Source: Euprymna scolopes (Eukaryota). Taken from it: DNA of 64,000 bases. Every line of letters begins with the position of its first letter. The stretch's first letter is position 1. Made by a program: the position numbers and the translations under genes. Under the pieces are notes generated by a model. The model did no database searches. It was not told where the DNA came from and saw nothing but the letters and a program-made list of their open reading frames with translations. Location of the stretch: NCBI GenBank assembly GCA_053919585.1, contig CM132799.1; one strand, 5' to 3'. Below are positions 1 to 10,681 of the stretch, one piece after another.

Positions 1-1110
1 ATTGTTAAAAATGGTAAAAAAATGTTTAAAAAAATGTTTTTAAAAAATGGTAAAAATATGGTAAAAATAAACGGTAAAAAAATGGTAAGAAAAATGGTTT
101 AAAAAAATGGTAAAAAAAGGTTAAAAAAAATGTTTTAAAAAATCGTAAAAAAAATCGTAAAATAAAAATGGTAAAATAAAAATGGTAAAATAAAAATGGT
201 CAAAAAATGGTAAATAAATCGTAAAATAAAAATCGTAAAAAAATGGTAAAAAATGGTAAAAAAATGGTAAGAAAAATGGTTAAAAAAAATGGTAAAATAA
301 AAATGGTAAAAAAATTGTAACAAAAAAATGGTAAAAAAATGGTAAAAATATGGTAAAAAAAATGGTAAAAAAATGGTAAAAAAAATGATTAAAAAAATGG
401 TAAAATAAAAATGGTAAAAAATGGTAAAAAAATGGTAAAAAAATGGTAAAATAAAAATGGTAAAAAATGGTAAAAAAATGGTAAAAAAATGGTAAAATAA
501 AAATGGTAAAATGAAAATGGTAAAAAAAATAGTTAAAAAATGGTAAAAAAAAATGGTAAAAAGAAATGGTAAAAAAATGCTAAAAAAATGCTAAAAAAAT
601 GGTAAAAAAAATGGTAAAAAAATGGTAAATAAATCGTAAAATAAAAATCGTAAAAAAATGGTAAAAAATGGTAAAAAAAATGGTAAGAAAAATGGTAAAA
701 AATGGTGAAAAAAAATGGTAAAAAAAATGGTTAAAAAAAATGGTAAAATAAAAATGGTAAAAAAATTGTAACAAAAAAATGGTAAAAAAATGGTAAAAAT
801 ATGGTAAAAAAAATGGTAAAAAAATGGTAAAAAAATGATTAAAAAAATGGTAAAATAAAAATGGTAAAAAATGGTAAAAAAATGGTAAAATAAAAATGGT
901 AAAATGAAAATGGTAAAAAAAATAGTTAAAAAATGGTAAAAAAAAATGGTAAAAAGAAATGGTAAAAAAATGCTAAAAAAAATGCTAAAAAAATGGTAAA
1001 AAAAATGATAAAAAAATGGTAAAAAAAATGGTAAAATAAAAATGGTAAAAAAAAAAATGGTAAAAAATGGTAAAAAAAATGGTAAAAAAAAATGGTAAAA
1101 AAAAATGGTT
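1..1110. repeat. A-rich minisatellite, ~10-12 bp unit (AAAAAATGGT)n, truncated by the window start
   Basis: Tandem ATGGT/ATCGT/ATGCT cores separated by A4-A9 runs; rare variant TTGTAAC recurs at 315 and 766, implying an internal ~450-bp duplication. Confidence 0.95.
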
Positions 1111-1790
1111 ATCAAAGACCGGTGGAAAGATACCATTCTTCACTGAATGGCAGGCCACCTTTAAGGCACTGCCACGGTCAAGTGACCTTGCTTGCTCTAG
1201 AAAAAGACTGTATCAGGATTTAGTGGTGGGTACCACAAAAAATCCACTGGTTGAGCGGCTACACATGTCAAGAGAGGAGGTACTCTCACAGTGGAATTGG
1301 ACGCCAGCCAGAAGTTATTTAAACAATTCAGAATTTTCAATCACATGGAGACTTGTCTGAGATGCACTGCCACTCTACAACGAGCTCGCCAGGAATGGTA
1401 GAAGGGATGATGAGTTTCCTCTCTGTCCACAGCAATGAAAATAAAGATGAAACAATTGATTACGAATTCTTCCTTTGCAGTAGACTTCAGAGACTCTGGG
1501 AGAAAACGGTTCGCATCGACCCTGAGTGGTTGGTGCCACTTGATTTGGTGTATGTCATTGATAACATCGATCCACCGTTTACTAGGGAGAAACGGTTCGT
1601 GTTTCTCGTGATCCTAGCAATAGCTAGATTAGTGACATGGGTTACACGTCTAGTGATAGTTCATGGGGTTGGATCGATTTCTGATCAGGATCTAGTCGTT
1701 TACTTCATCTACAAAGATCAGATGTGAGTGGAAAAGATAAAAGATGGGTGCGCAACACTAGCTTGTGCATCCAACGAGGCGCTGGGTTTA
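1105..1790 (+). mobile_element. Degenerate non-LTR retrotransposon ORF2 C-terminal fragment (Tx1/L1 clade-like, zinc-finger region)
   Basis: Reads RKRLYQDLV...WNWTPARSYLNNSEFSITWRLV*DALPL...LCP, then a frameshift to DETIDYEFFLC...LW...FLVILAIARLVTWVTR. This matches the W-x-L-x-x-x-A-L-P and CP..C/ET..H.FF.C pattern of Tx1/L1 ORF2 C-termini. Contains stops and a frameshift. Confidence 0.7.
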
Positions 1791-2043
1791 AGTTTTTTCC
1801 CCCGCCCTAGAAGTATTAGTCAGGCGGTGCTAAGGTTTTACGGAACAACCCCGATCAAAGTTTTGATAGATTAGGTTAGTTAGGAAGTAACTTTGAGTGG
1901 AAAATTTTTATCAGGTCCTACAGTATGAGTGTTGTTCATGTCTCTGTCTTTATTTTTTCATAATTTTTTATATAAATAAAGAATTTGTAATAGAGAATAA
2001 CGCCATGTTGAAGTTAGCAAATTTGCGTTCAGTAAATCTAAGG

Positions 2044-2388
2044 TTGGTTGGTTGGTTGTTTTTGTATTACAGCATATCAACCCTTTTCGGGTTATTTAAT
2101 GCCGAATCCAAAGATTTTGAAGAAAATTTTTTTTAATATAATATATTTGTTGTTTTCACGTCGGTTTCTATTTAACCCATAGTTAGGACCCTGACAGGTA
2201 CTACCACTCCGAGTCAGAGTGGACCTGGGAGCAATAGCAATTAAATGGTGGCTCCACACTCCCCAAAGCTCACAAGCTGGGGCCTCACCACTGGATATAG
2301 TTTAAGGTCATATCCAGGACCCCCATTGAGGGACTTTTACCCTCTGCAGGGGGGCAGTCGGCGTATTCTAATGCCGCACCGACAGGGC
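2044..2388 (-). mobile_element. SINE-like retroposon with 14-bp target-site duplication
   Basis: Exact direct repeat CAGTAAATCTAAGG at 2030-2043 and 2389-2402; minus strand has a GC-rich head (GCCCTGTCGG...TAGAATACGCCGACTGC) and a (CAAC)n tail. Confidence 0.85.
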
Positions 2389-3352
2389 CAGTAAATCTAA
2401 GGAATAATAGAATAGCTGAATGCAAGCGAACAGTCAAGAAATTGATTGAAAAATAAGAAGTGTAAAAGTAAGGGAGCGGTGATTATTTACCTTGGGTTTG
2501 AAGTGTAAGGAAACATACTCAACACTTTCTATTTTTATTCTTACTTGTTAACGTGGGCCAGCAGAAAAAAACAAAAGGCCGTCGTGTATCTTGCCTGTAC
2601 CACGACTCATGCTACACAGACTATGTTTTATGTTTTATAAAGACAACTAAAATACAATAAAAATAAAACACAAGTAAATAAACTTAAAAAAAAGGGGAAA
2701 ACAATCTAAGTAATTTGAAAAACAAAACGAAAATAATGATTCTATTTTCATTTATGTGTGTGTGGGGGGGGGTGAAGTTTGAGGAGATATATTTCCTCCT
2801 CTAATTTTTATTATTCTTCTCGGAATGTCGTCTCTTCTATCAACGCCGTGATGATCGACTGCACCTGAGGCTGATTCTGTCAATTTTCATAATGAAGACA
2901 TTTGAGAATGATTTGAAAGTTTTATCACACGAAATAGAAATAAAAAGAAATTATGGGGAATATAAAAATGTTACAACAGAAAAAAAAAGTGAAGTCTGGG
3001 AGTTAGGAAGATGATGGAGGAGTAGAAGGAGACACTCAAATCGCAGAAAGCCGAGTGTATTAACTCAGTGCAGTTCTAGAAGGCCCACCCTCCCAGGCTT
3101 TTCCTTCTCTTTTTGAGAATGGGTTAGTTTATTGCTAATCAACTGAGGCGTCCTTATCGAGGAATGCCAACGGGGCTGCCCAGGCACTTTTTGACGGAAA
3201 AAATTCTCCTCCTTAATCCCACTTTTCGGCCCTGGTGTGTTAGCTCTTGTAACAGGAGAGAACATAAAGCCTTCTATCAGATTAACCTATAGGTTGTGTT
3301 CGGATTTTAATCCGTTGTCATGTAACAAGTGTGAATGTTTGCTAGAATTAAA

Positions 3353-4740
3353 TAATGTTGAAACAAAAATAATGAGAAATAATATTAAAACAAAAATAAT
3401 GAAAAATAATATTGAAACAAAAATAATATTAAAACAAAAATAATGAAAAATAATATTAAAACAAAAATAATTAAAAATAATATTAAAACAAAAATAATGG
3501 AAAATAATATTAAAACAAAAATAATGAAAAATAATATTGAAACAAAAATAATATTAAAACAAAAATAATGAGAAATAATATTAAAACAAAAATAATGAAA
3601 AATAATATTGAAACAAAAATAATATTAAAACAAAAATAATGAAAAATAATATTAAAACAAAAATAATGAAAAATAATATTAAAACAAAAATAATGGAAAA
3701 TAATATTAAAACAAAAATAATGAAAAATAATATTGAAACAAAAATAATGAAAAATAATATTGAAACAAAAATAATGAAAAATAATATTGAAACAAAAATA
3801 ATGAGAAATAATATTGAAACAAAAATAATGAAAAATAATATTGAAACAAAAATAATGAGAAATAATATTGAAACAAAAATAATGAAAAATAATATTGAAA
3901 CAAAAATAATGAGAAATAATATTGAAACAAAAATAATGAGAAATAATATTAAAACAAAAATAATGAAAAATAATATTGAAACAAAAATAATGAAAAATAA
4001 TATTGAAACAAAAATAATGAAAAATAATATTGAAACAAAAATAATGAAAAATAATATTGAAACAAAAATAATGAGAAATAATATTGAAACAAAAATAATG
4101 AAAAATAATATTGAAACAAAAATAATGAGAAATAATATTAAAACAAAAATAATGAAAAAATATTGAAACAAAAATAATGAAAAATAATATTGAAACAAAA
4201 ATAATGAGAAATAATATTGAAACAAAAATAATGAAAAATAATATTGAAACAAAAATAATGAAAAATAATATTGAAACAAAAATAATGAGAAATAATATTG
4301 AAACAAAAATAATGATAAATAATATTGAAACAAAAATAATGAAAAATAATATTGAAACAAAAATAATGAGAAATAATATTGAAACAAAAATAATGAAAAA
4401 TAATATTGAAACAAAAATAATGAGAAATAATATTAAAACAAAAATAATGAAAATATATTGAAACAAAAATAATGAAAAATAATATTGAAACAAAAATAAT
4501 GAAAAATAATATTGAAACAAAAATAATGAAAAATAATATTAAAACAAAAATAATGAAAAATAATATTGAAACAAAAATAATGAAAAATAATATTAAAACA
4601 AAAATAATGAAAAATAATATTGAAACAAAAATAATGAAAAATAATATTGAAACAAAAATAATGAAAAATAATATTGAAACAAAAATAATGAAAAATAATA
4701 TTGAAACAAAAATAATGAAAAATAATATTGAAACAACAAA
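3353..4740. repeat. 27-bp AT-rich minisatellite (ATGAAAAATAATATTGAAACAAAAATA)n, ~50 copies
   Basis: Direct tandem units visible; variants GAAA/GAGA and TTGAA/TTAAA; the source of the spurious MKNNIETKI ORFs. Confidence 0.97.
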
Positions 4741-4772
4741 AAAAATTATGCAATTTAAAAATTTATTTTTTA

Positions 4773-5113
4773 ATATGCTAAGACTTTCGATATCTAAAAA
4801 TAGCTTCTTCCCAGCAAGACATTGTTCTTTTTGTTTGTTTGTTTGTTTGTTTGTTTGTTTGTTTGTTTGTTTGTTTTGTTTTGTTTTCCTTTTTCTTCAT
4901 TTTGTTGACATTAATCTTAGTGGAGGAGTGAGCCTCTCGTTAAGATGGAAAATGTCTAGAAAGTTATAAATCAAGTCTGCTCGGTATGTGGCCGGACATT
5001 TTTCATTTCAATGGGAGGCTAGCCCCTCCACCGGGATTAATACTAACTAATTGAAGAAAAACAAAAGTCTTGCTCCAAGGAACTATTTTTGGATATCAAA
5101 AGTTTTAGCATAT
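4773..5113. mobile_element. Foldback/MITE-like long imperfect palindrome
   Basis: Left arm 4773-4956 and right arm 4995-5113 are reverse complements: ATATGCTAAGACTTTCGATATCTAAAAATAG vs CTATTTTTGGATATCAAAAGTTTTAGCATAT, and ATTAATCTTAGTGGAGG...GAAAATGTC vs GACATTTTTC...CCTCCACCGGGATTAAT. The left arm has a (TTTG)n expansion. Confidence 0.75.
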
Positions 5114-5204
5114 AAAAGAGAACAATAATAATAAATGATTTTTCATTTTAAAGTTACCCTAGATTGAATCAAGATCAACAAATTTGTCACACCATACTTT
5201 TATT

Positions 5205-5288
5205 ATCATTGAAATCGTTGGAACTGCCCATTTTTCAATCAAATCGATTGATTACCTGCTCCAGTTGGGGACACACCGTGGTGCACTG
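5205..5288 (-). mobile_element. Helitron internal fragment (same family as 7345-8365)
   Basis: CATTTTTCAATCAAATCGATTGATT...AGTTGGGGAC...TGGT is shared with 7443-7508. Confidence 0.6.
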
Positions 5289-5708
5289 TCTCCCTGCAGT
5301 GACTTAGTTCAAAATATATTGTAGTATGACACTATCGTTTGCCAGGGAATATTACACACGATATCGAATGAAAAGCACATCGAAACAGCAACAGGTTGAG
5401 ATGTCATCGACTGGCATAGGTCGCTTCTTGAGTCTTCATTGCGTCATTACAGGAAGCATTTCCATCATCAGCATTAAATGGCACGGACCACATGCTGAAA
5501 TTTAACGCTTGTATAGAAACAGCGAACGAATATATTTTTATAAAAATATATAATTTATTTTACATTTAACACTGGCGGAGCGTATTTAAATTAAGACTCG
5601 TTGAAATCCAGCATGTGCAGCCAAAAGCTGCTATGTGCGTTTGTCCGTACAAGATGCAAGTTCCCACTGTTCTAAAGTGATACAATCATATTCAATTCTT
5701 TCTTTCTT

Positions 5709-6290
5709 CATTGAAAGAGAGAGAAAGGGAGTGAAAGAGAGAAATAGAGAAAGGGAGTGAAAGAGAGAGAAAGGGAGTGAAAGAGAGAAATAGAGAAAGG
5801 GAGTGAAAGAGAGAAATAGAGAAAGGGAGTGAAAGAGAGAAATAGAGAAAGGGAATGAAAGAGAGAAATAGAGAAAGGGAGTGAAAGAGAGAGAAAGGGA
5901 GTGAAAGAGAGAAATAGAGAAAGGGAGTGAAAGAGAGAGAAAGGGAGTGAAAGAGAGAAATAGAGAAAGGGAGTGAAAGAGAGAAATAGAGAAAGGGAAT
6001 GAAAGAGAGAAATAGAGAAAGGGAGTGAAAGAGAGAGAAAGGGAGTGAAAGAGAGAAATAGAGAAAGGGAGTGAAAGAGAGAGAAAGGGAGTGAAAGAGA
6101 GAAATAGAGAAAGGGAGTGAAAGAGAGAAATAGAGAAAGGGAATGAAAGAGAGAAATAGAGAAAGGGAGTGAAAGAGAGAGAAAGGGAGTGAAAGAGAGA
6201 AATAGAGAAAGGGAGTGAAAGAGAGAGAAAGGGAGTGAAAGAGAGAAATAGAGAAAGAGAGTGAAAGCGATAAAATGAGAGAAAGAAAAA
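5709..6290. repeat. Polypurine minisatellite (26-bp and 20-bp units) with 144-bp higher-order period
   Basis: Units GAAAGAGAGAAATAGAGAAAGGGAGT (26) and GAAAGAGAGAGAAAGGGAGT (20); variant GGGAAT at 5851, 5995 and 6139 (period 144 = 4x26 + 2x20). Confidence 0.95.
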
Positions 6291-6362
6291 TATTCACACA
6301 TAATGTGTGAATATTGTTTTGTTTTTGTATGCCTTGACGACGAGTTCTGTGGATTTTACCTA

Positions 6363-6599
6363 CGCCTGTGGAACTCTCTTCCGATTGCCTGCTTTCCAGC
6401 TGATTACAATCTGATTGTCTTCAAGTCCAACGTAAACAAGTTCTTGATGAACCGTCCCCCTAAGTAATCCAATTTACAAAATTCCCACTACTTATGTTTA
6501 CTACGCTATAATAACATTGACTAATGTATACCCATTAACCTTTATCCTCGACTGGTCTCCGGGCCTTGATAAGTGGTGATTCCTGTGTTAAAAAAAAAA
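6363..6599 (+). mobile_element. L2/CR1-group LINE 3' end (ORF2 C-terminus, 3'UTR, poly-A)
   Basis: 6363-6467 encodes RLWNSLPIACFPADYNLIVFKSNVNKFLMNRPPK*, the typical LWNSLP..FP..Y.L..FK terminal motif; A-tail at 6589-6599. Confidence 0.75.
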
Positions 6600-6817
6600 G
6601 AGTCTCAAATCGTTTTGACTTAGTTGAATATTATAAGCAACTGTCATTCTTGGCTTGAGTCATACCAGATTGATATATTCTAATATTTTCAAAATCACAA
6701 AGCACCTGCATGACACATCTCACTTCACAAGTACAGAACAAGTTAGGCACGAGGTTTATTAATGCAGAAGCCCCTAGCTCCTCCAAAATGGAGGCCATGT
6801 CATTGTGCCACAGTAGT

Positions 6818-7309
6818 CTACATTGCACTGTAGAAAACTTACTGTTGATTTTATAAAATTATTTTTATATAATGGCTTGAATTAAAGTTTAAAATTAAAA
6901 AGTCAAGTATCATGGTTCAGTTGTGCCCTAAATAGAAACATTCATTTCGAACGTGCCCCTGTCTTATCAAAGAACCTACTGTTGATTTTATATGCTGGGC
7001 CTTTCTGCTTGTACGGTGATAAAATTTCTCAAATGCACTTGTGATGTTAGGCTTTATAGGGTGTTTATTTTGTTAAAAATCAGTCTGTTACTTCTGTAAT
7101 CGTATTTTTCGATTATTGATTAAAGGTTTTCGGTACTTATCAGAGGTATTCTGCTACAAAACCTATCTAAGAACATTCCCAGACACATAAAGTATATCTG
7201 TGTGAAATTTCATAAAAATCAGCTCAACTGTTTCGGGTTCTACGGGAAAAAAACTCACACACACACACGCGCACGCATGAATAAAGTACCTGTTATATAT
7301 ATGTAGAGA
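6818..7309 (-). mobile_element. Non-autonomous Helitron, 5' portion
   Basis: Homologous to 7532-8365; minus-strand 5' terminus A|TCTCTACATATATATAAC at 7309; (CA)n microsatellite near the 5' end. Confidence 0.7.
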
Positions 7310-7344
7310 TGCTTCATAAAATGTGAACATCTTTTATTAAAAGA

Positions 7345-8365
7345 CTAGCAGGGAGACCCGACGTTGGCCGGGATTGAATGATGATCAACGAATGTTTCAT
7401 GCTCCCACATTTTTAGCACCATCGAAATCTATGAAATCGCTCATTTTTCAATCAAATCGATTGATTTTAGTTCTAGTTCGTTTTAGTTGGGGACCCATCA
7501 TGGTACACAGTGGAGGAAGCTTTGTATGTAACTACATTGCACTGTAGAGAACCTACTCTTGACTTTATAAAATCATTTTTATATATAATGCTTTGAATTA
7601 AAGTTTAAGATGCAAAAATCAAGTATCTTGGTACAGTTGTACTTTAAACAGAGACATTCATTTCGAATGTGCCTCTATCATATCAAAGAACTTACTGTTG
7701 ATTTTATATGCCTGGCCTTACTGCTTGTGCAGTGATAATAGCTTGAATTGAAGTTTAAAATGAAAAAGTCAAGTATCATGGTGCAATTGTGCTTTAAACT
7801 TCAAACAGAAACATTCATTTCGAACACGCCCTGTCACATCAAAGAACCTACTGTTGATTTTATATGTTGGGCTTTTCGACATATGTGGTAATAAAACTTC
7901 TCAAATGCACTTGTGATGTTAGGCTGTGTAAGGTGTTAGCTTTGGTGAAAATCGCCTGTTCCTTCTTTCATTGGATTTTTTCGATTAAAGTTTTATCGAT
8001 ACTTATCAAAGACATTCCAATACAAAACCTAAGAACACTGCCAGGAACATAAAGTACCTTTGTGTGAAATTTCATAAAAATCGGCCCAGTCGTTTGNNNN
8101 NNNNNNNNNNNNNNNNNNNNNNNNNNNNNNNNNNNNNNNNNNNNNNNNNNNNNNNNNNNNNNNNNNNNNNNNNNNNNNNNNNNNNNNNNNNNNNNNNNNN
8201 NNNNNNNNNNNNNNNNNNNNNNNNNNNNNNNNNNNNNNNNNNNNNNNNNNNNNNNNNNNNACACGTACACACAAACACAAACACACGTACACACACATAC
8301 ACACAAACACACACACAAACACACACACACACACACGCAGTTCCTTTTATATAATAGTAGAGATA
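7345..8365 (-). mobile_element. Full-length non-autonomous Helitron
   Basis: Minus strand begins A|TCTCTACTATTATATA (8365) and ends with hairpin CCCGGCCAACGTCGGG plus CTAG|T (7345); AT target with no TSD; internal ~150-bp tandem subrepeat (7590-7866); (CA)n tract next to an N-run. Confidence 0.85.
8097..8260. other. N-run (gap or masked bases) beside a (CA)n tract
   Basis: 164 consecutive N. Confidence 0.99.
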
Positions 8366-8454
8366 TTTTTGTATCTGTAATCTAACTTCAAGAAAAAAAG
8401 TTATAAAGGCAATCCAATTTCCGACCATGGCTTATCCAAGTCTACAACTCACAT

Positions 8455-8878
8455 TCATTACAGGAAGCATTTCCATCATCGGCATTAAATGGCACGGGCC
8501 ACATGCTGAAATTTAACGCTTGTATAGAAACAGCGAACGAATATATTTTTATAAAAATATATAATTTATTTTACATTTAACACTGGCGGAGCATATTTAA
8601 ATTAAGACCCGTTGAAATCCAGCATGTGCAGCCAAAAGCTGCTATGTGTGTTTGTCCGTACAAGATGCAAGCTCCCACTGTTCTAAAATGATACAATCAT
8701 ATTCAATTCTTTCTTTCTTCATTGAAAGAGAGAGTAAAGGAGTGAAAGAGAGAAATAGAGAAAGAGAGTGAAAGAGAGAAATAGAGAAAGGGAAATATTC
8801 ATACATAATGTGTGAATATTGTTTTGTTTTTGACGACGAGTTCTGTGGATTTTACCTACGCCTGTGGAACTCTCTTCC
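8455..8878 (+). repeat. Local direct duplicate of 5444-6382 with a much shorter GA array
   Basis: Near-identical from TCATTACAGGAAGC to GGAACTCTCTTCC; the purine array is ~70 bp here vs ~580 bp in the upstream copy. Confidence 0.92.
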
Positions 8879-8880
8879 AT

Positions 8881-9038
8881 TCTTACATTCATAATCCTTA
8901 TATCATAATGATAATCCTTATATCATAATCATAATCATTATATCATAATCATAATCCTTATATCATAATCATAATCCTTATATCATAATCATAATCATTA
9001 TAATCATAATCATAATCATTCATTTCTCACATTCATAA
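8881..9038. repeat. 20-bp minisatellite (ATAATCCTTATATCATAATC)n grading into (TCATAA)n
   Basis: Tandem units directly visible. Confidence 0.9.
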
Positions 9039-9163
9039 TCCGCCCATAATTCTCTAAACATAGGCTATTCGGAAATCTGAATTTCAAGCTTCTCTGGTGC
9101 ACTGACCATTTTCCATTATGCCTCCTACTCTCTCTTATAGTCATCAAATTTTGTTTTACTCTG

Positions 9164-9204
<41 letters not shown>

Positions 9205-9227
9205 CACAAACACACGCAAACACACAC

Positions 9228-9418
9228 NNNNNNNNNNNNNNNNNNNNNNNNNNNNNNNNNNNNNNNNNNNNNNNNNNNNNNNNNNNNNNNNNNNNNNNNN
9301 NNNNNNNNNNNNNNNNNNNNNNNNNNNNNNNNNNNNNNNNNNNNNNNNNNNNNNNNNNNNNNNNNNNNNNNNNNNNNNNNNNNNNNNNNNNNNNNNNNNN
9401 NNNNNNNNNNNNNNNNNN
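9228..9418. other. N-run (gap or masked bases) after a (CA)n tract
   Basis: 191 consecutive N, followed by a second copy of 8354-8457. Confidence 0.99.
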
Positions 9419-9911
9419 TAATAGTAGAGATATTTTTGTATCTGTAATCCAACTTCAAGAAAAAAAGTTATAAAGGCAATCCAATTTCCGACCATGGCTT
9501 ATCCAAGTCTACAACTCACATTCATATCCGCCCTTAATTCTCTAAACATAGGCTATTCGGAATGTGTATGTCCGCATGCAAAGCATCTCATTCTCTTTTA
9601 ATATTTTATTATTCCTTTATTGTCACACCCTATCTTATGCAACGATGCGAGGAAAGTAGCTCCATGCTAACAAGTGCTCGTAAATTTTAATTCTTAACTT
9701 AACATGCGGCCATAGCCGAGATTGAACTCACTACATGAGTTTGTAGTGTAATTCAAATCTTGTCCGTAGCTGAATATTTGCTGCCTCGTCAGGGCTATCA
9801 AGGGTATTTTTATTGTGAAGCCATCAGTAGATATGTTGTCTACAACAGCTTAAAAGAAGCCCATTTCCCCTGAGAGAAGGATAGACCATGCCAGTTTCAC
9901 AACCTTGTGGT

Positions 9912-10027
9912 ACATACAATGCCTCACCTTCCCAAATGGTCACCCATCTGGTACTGGCCAGGCCTGACATTGCTTAACTTTGGTGATCTGGCGAGAACCT
10001 GTGTGCCAACATAATTGTGCCATATAC
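9912..10027 (-). pseudogene. Degenerate 5S rRNA copy (pseudogene or head of a 5S-derived SINE)
   Basis: Plus strand TTCCCAAATGGTCACCCATC...GTACTGGCCAGGCCTGACATTGCTTAACTTTGGTGATCTGGCGAGAACC aligns to the reverse complement of metazoan 5S rRNA over ~115 bp with many CpG-type changes; no oligo-T terminator follows. Confidence 0.85.
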
Positions 10028-10254
10028 TTATAATATATTATACATATAATTCTTACAAAGAATGAATATGATGACAAAGTGTATAACAGCGTTTTATTTA
10101 GAATTCAATATGGGCACCAGCATTCGCCACCAGCTTCTCAAGCCACTTTGGAACCTCTTCACTCAAATTTTTTCTAGTGTTTTTTTTTTTTTTTAACTAA
10201 TAACTCAGCACTTGTCAAAGATAAAGTTGACAACATCAATTCTTCCTCTTTTTG

Positions 10255-10341
10255 TATTATTTGGATTCTTCTCATCTTGAGTGTTATTTTCACGTTTCGG
10301 GCGATGTAACCTCCGACCTTCTTCAGGTGTATCTTTTCAAA
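10255..10341 (-). mobile_element. Penelope-like terminal repeat with degenerate minimal hammerhead ribozyme motif (left arm)
   Basis: Minus strand CAC-CTGAAGA-AGGTCG-GAGGTTACAT-CGCCC-GAAACGT = CUGANGA / stem II / GAAA core; inverted copy at 15778-15878. Confidence 0.65.
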
Positions 10342-10444
10342 CTTGGAAATGTTTCTTTTGAACTCAGGAATCTGGACAGAATTTCAAACGGAACCTTTTA
10401 TTTACTTCACATAGGAAACTTGTTCTTGTTCTATCATCCATGAC

Positions 10445-10606
10445 TGTAGAGGCCAGAAAGGAGTTATCGCCCTTTCTCTCAGACTTGGCATAAGTGGAGT
10501 TATCCCCCTTATAAAAGAAGAGAGGAATCACCATTATGTGTTTACACTCATCGACGGCGACACGCTGTCGGATTGGGAAACCAGCTTGCTTAACGCAAAC
10601 TGTACA
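10445..10606 (+). repeat. 5' LTR (162 bp)
   Basis: TGTAGA...TGTACA; identical to the 3' LTR except A10530 vs G15347; TATAAAA at 10510-10516. Confidence 0.97.
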
Positions 10607-10620
10607 TGGCGCTACGAACA
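10607..10620 (+). promoter_or_regulatory. Primer-binding site, probably tRNA-Ser
   Basis: TGGCGCTACGAACA directly after the LTR; its complement TGTTCGTAGCG-CCA resembles tRNA-Ser 3' ends (G discriminator). tRNA identity not verified. Confidence 0.8.
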
Positions 10621-10681
10621 TATTGTCACTTTAAAACGTGAAATACTTATATCGCAGCATTGGACTAAATATCGTTACACT

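Noticed and set aside
2990-3345. GC-richer segment with two short ORFs
   Set aside because: No recognisable motif, termini or splice pattern; probably an unclassified repeat fragment that I cannot support as a feature.
135-6301. Low-complexity ORFs (F/T/I-rich, MKNNIETKI, SLSLF repeats)
   Set aside because: They are translations of the three minisatellites, with no splice or domain evidence.
10538-10681. N-terminal extension of the 728-aa ORF (and ORF 15232-15570)
   Set aside because: These run through LTR and PBS sequence from non-ATG starts; the plausible gag start is the ATG at 10682.
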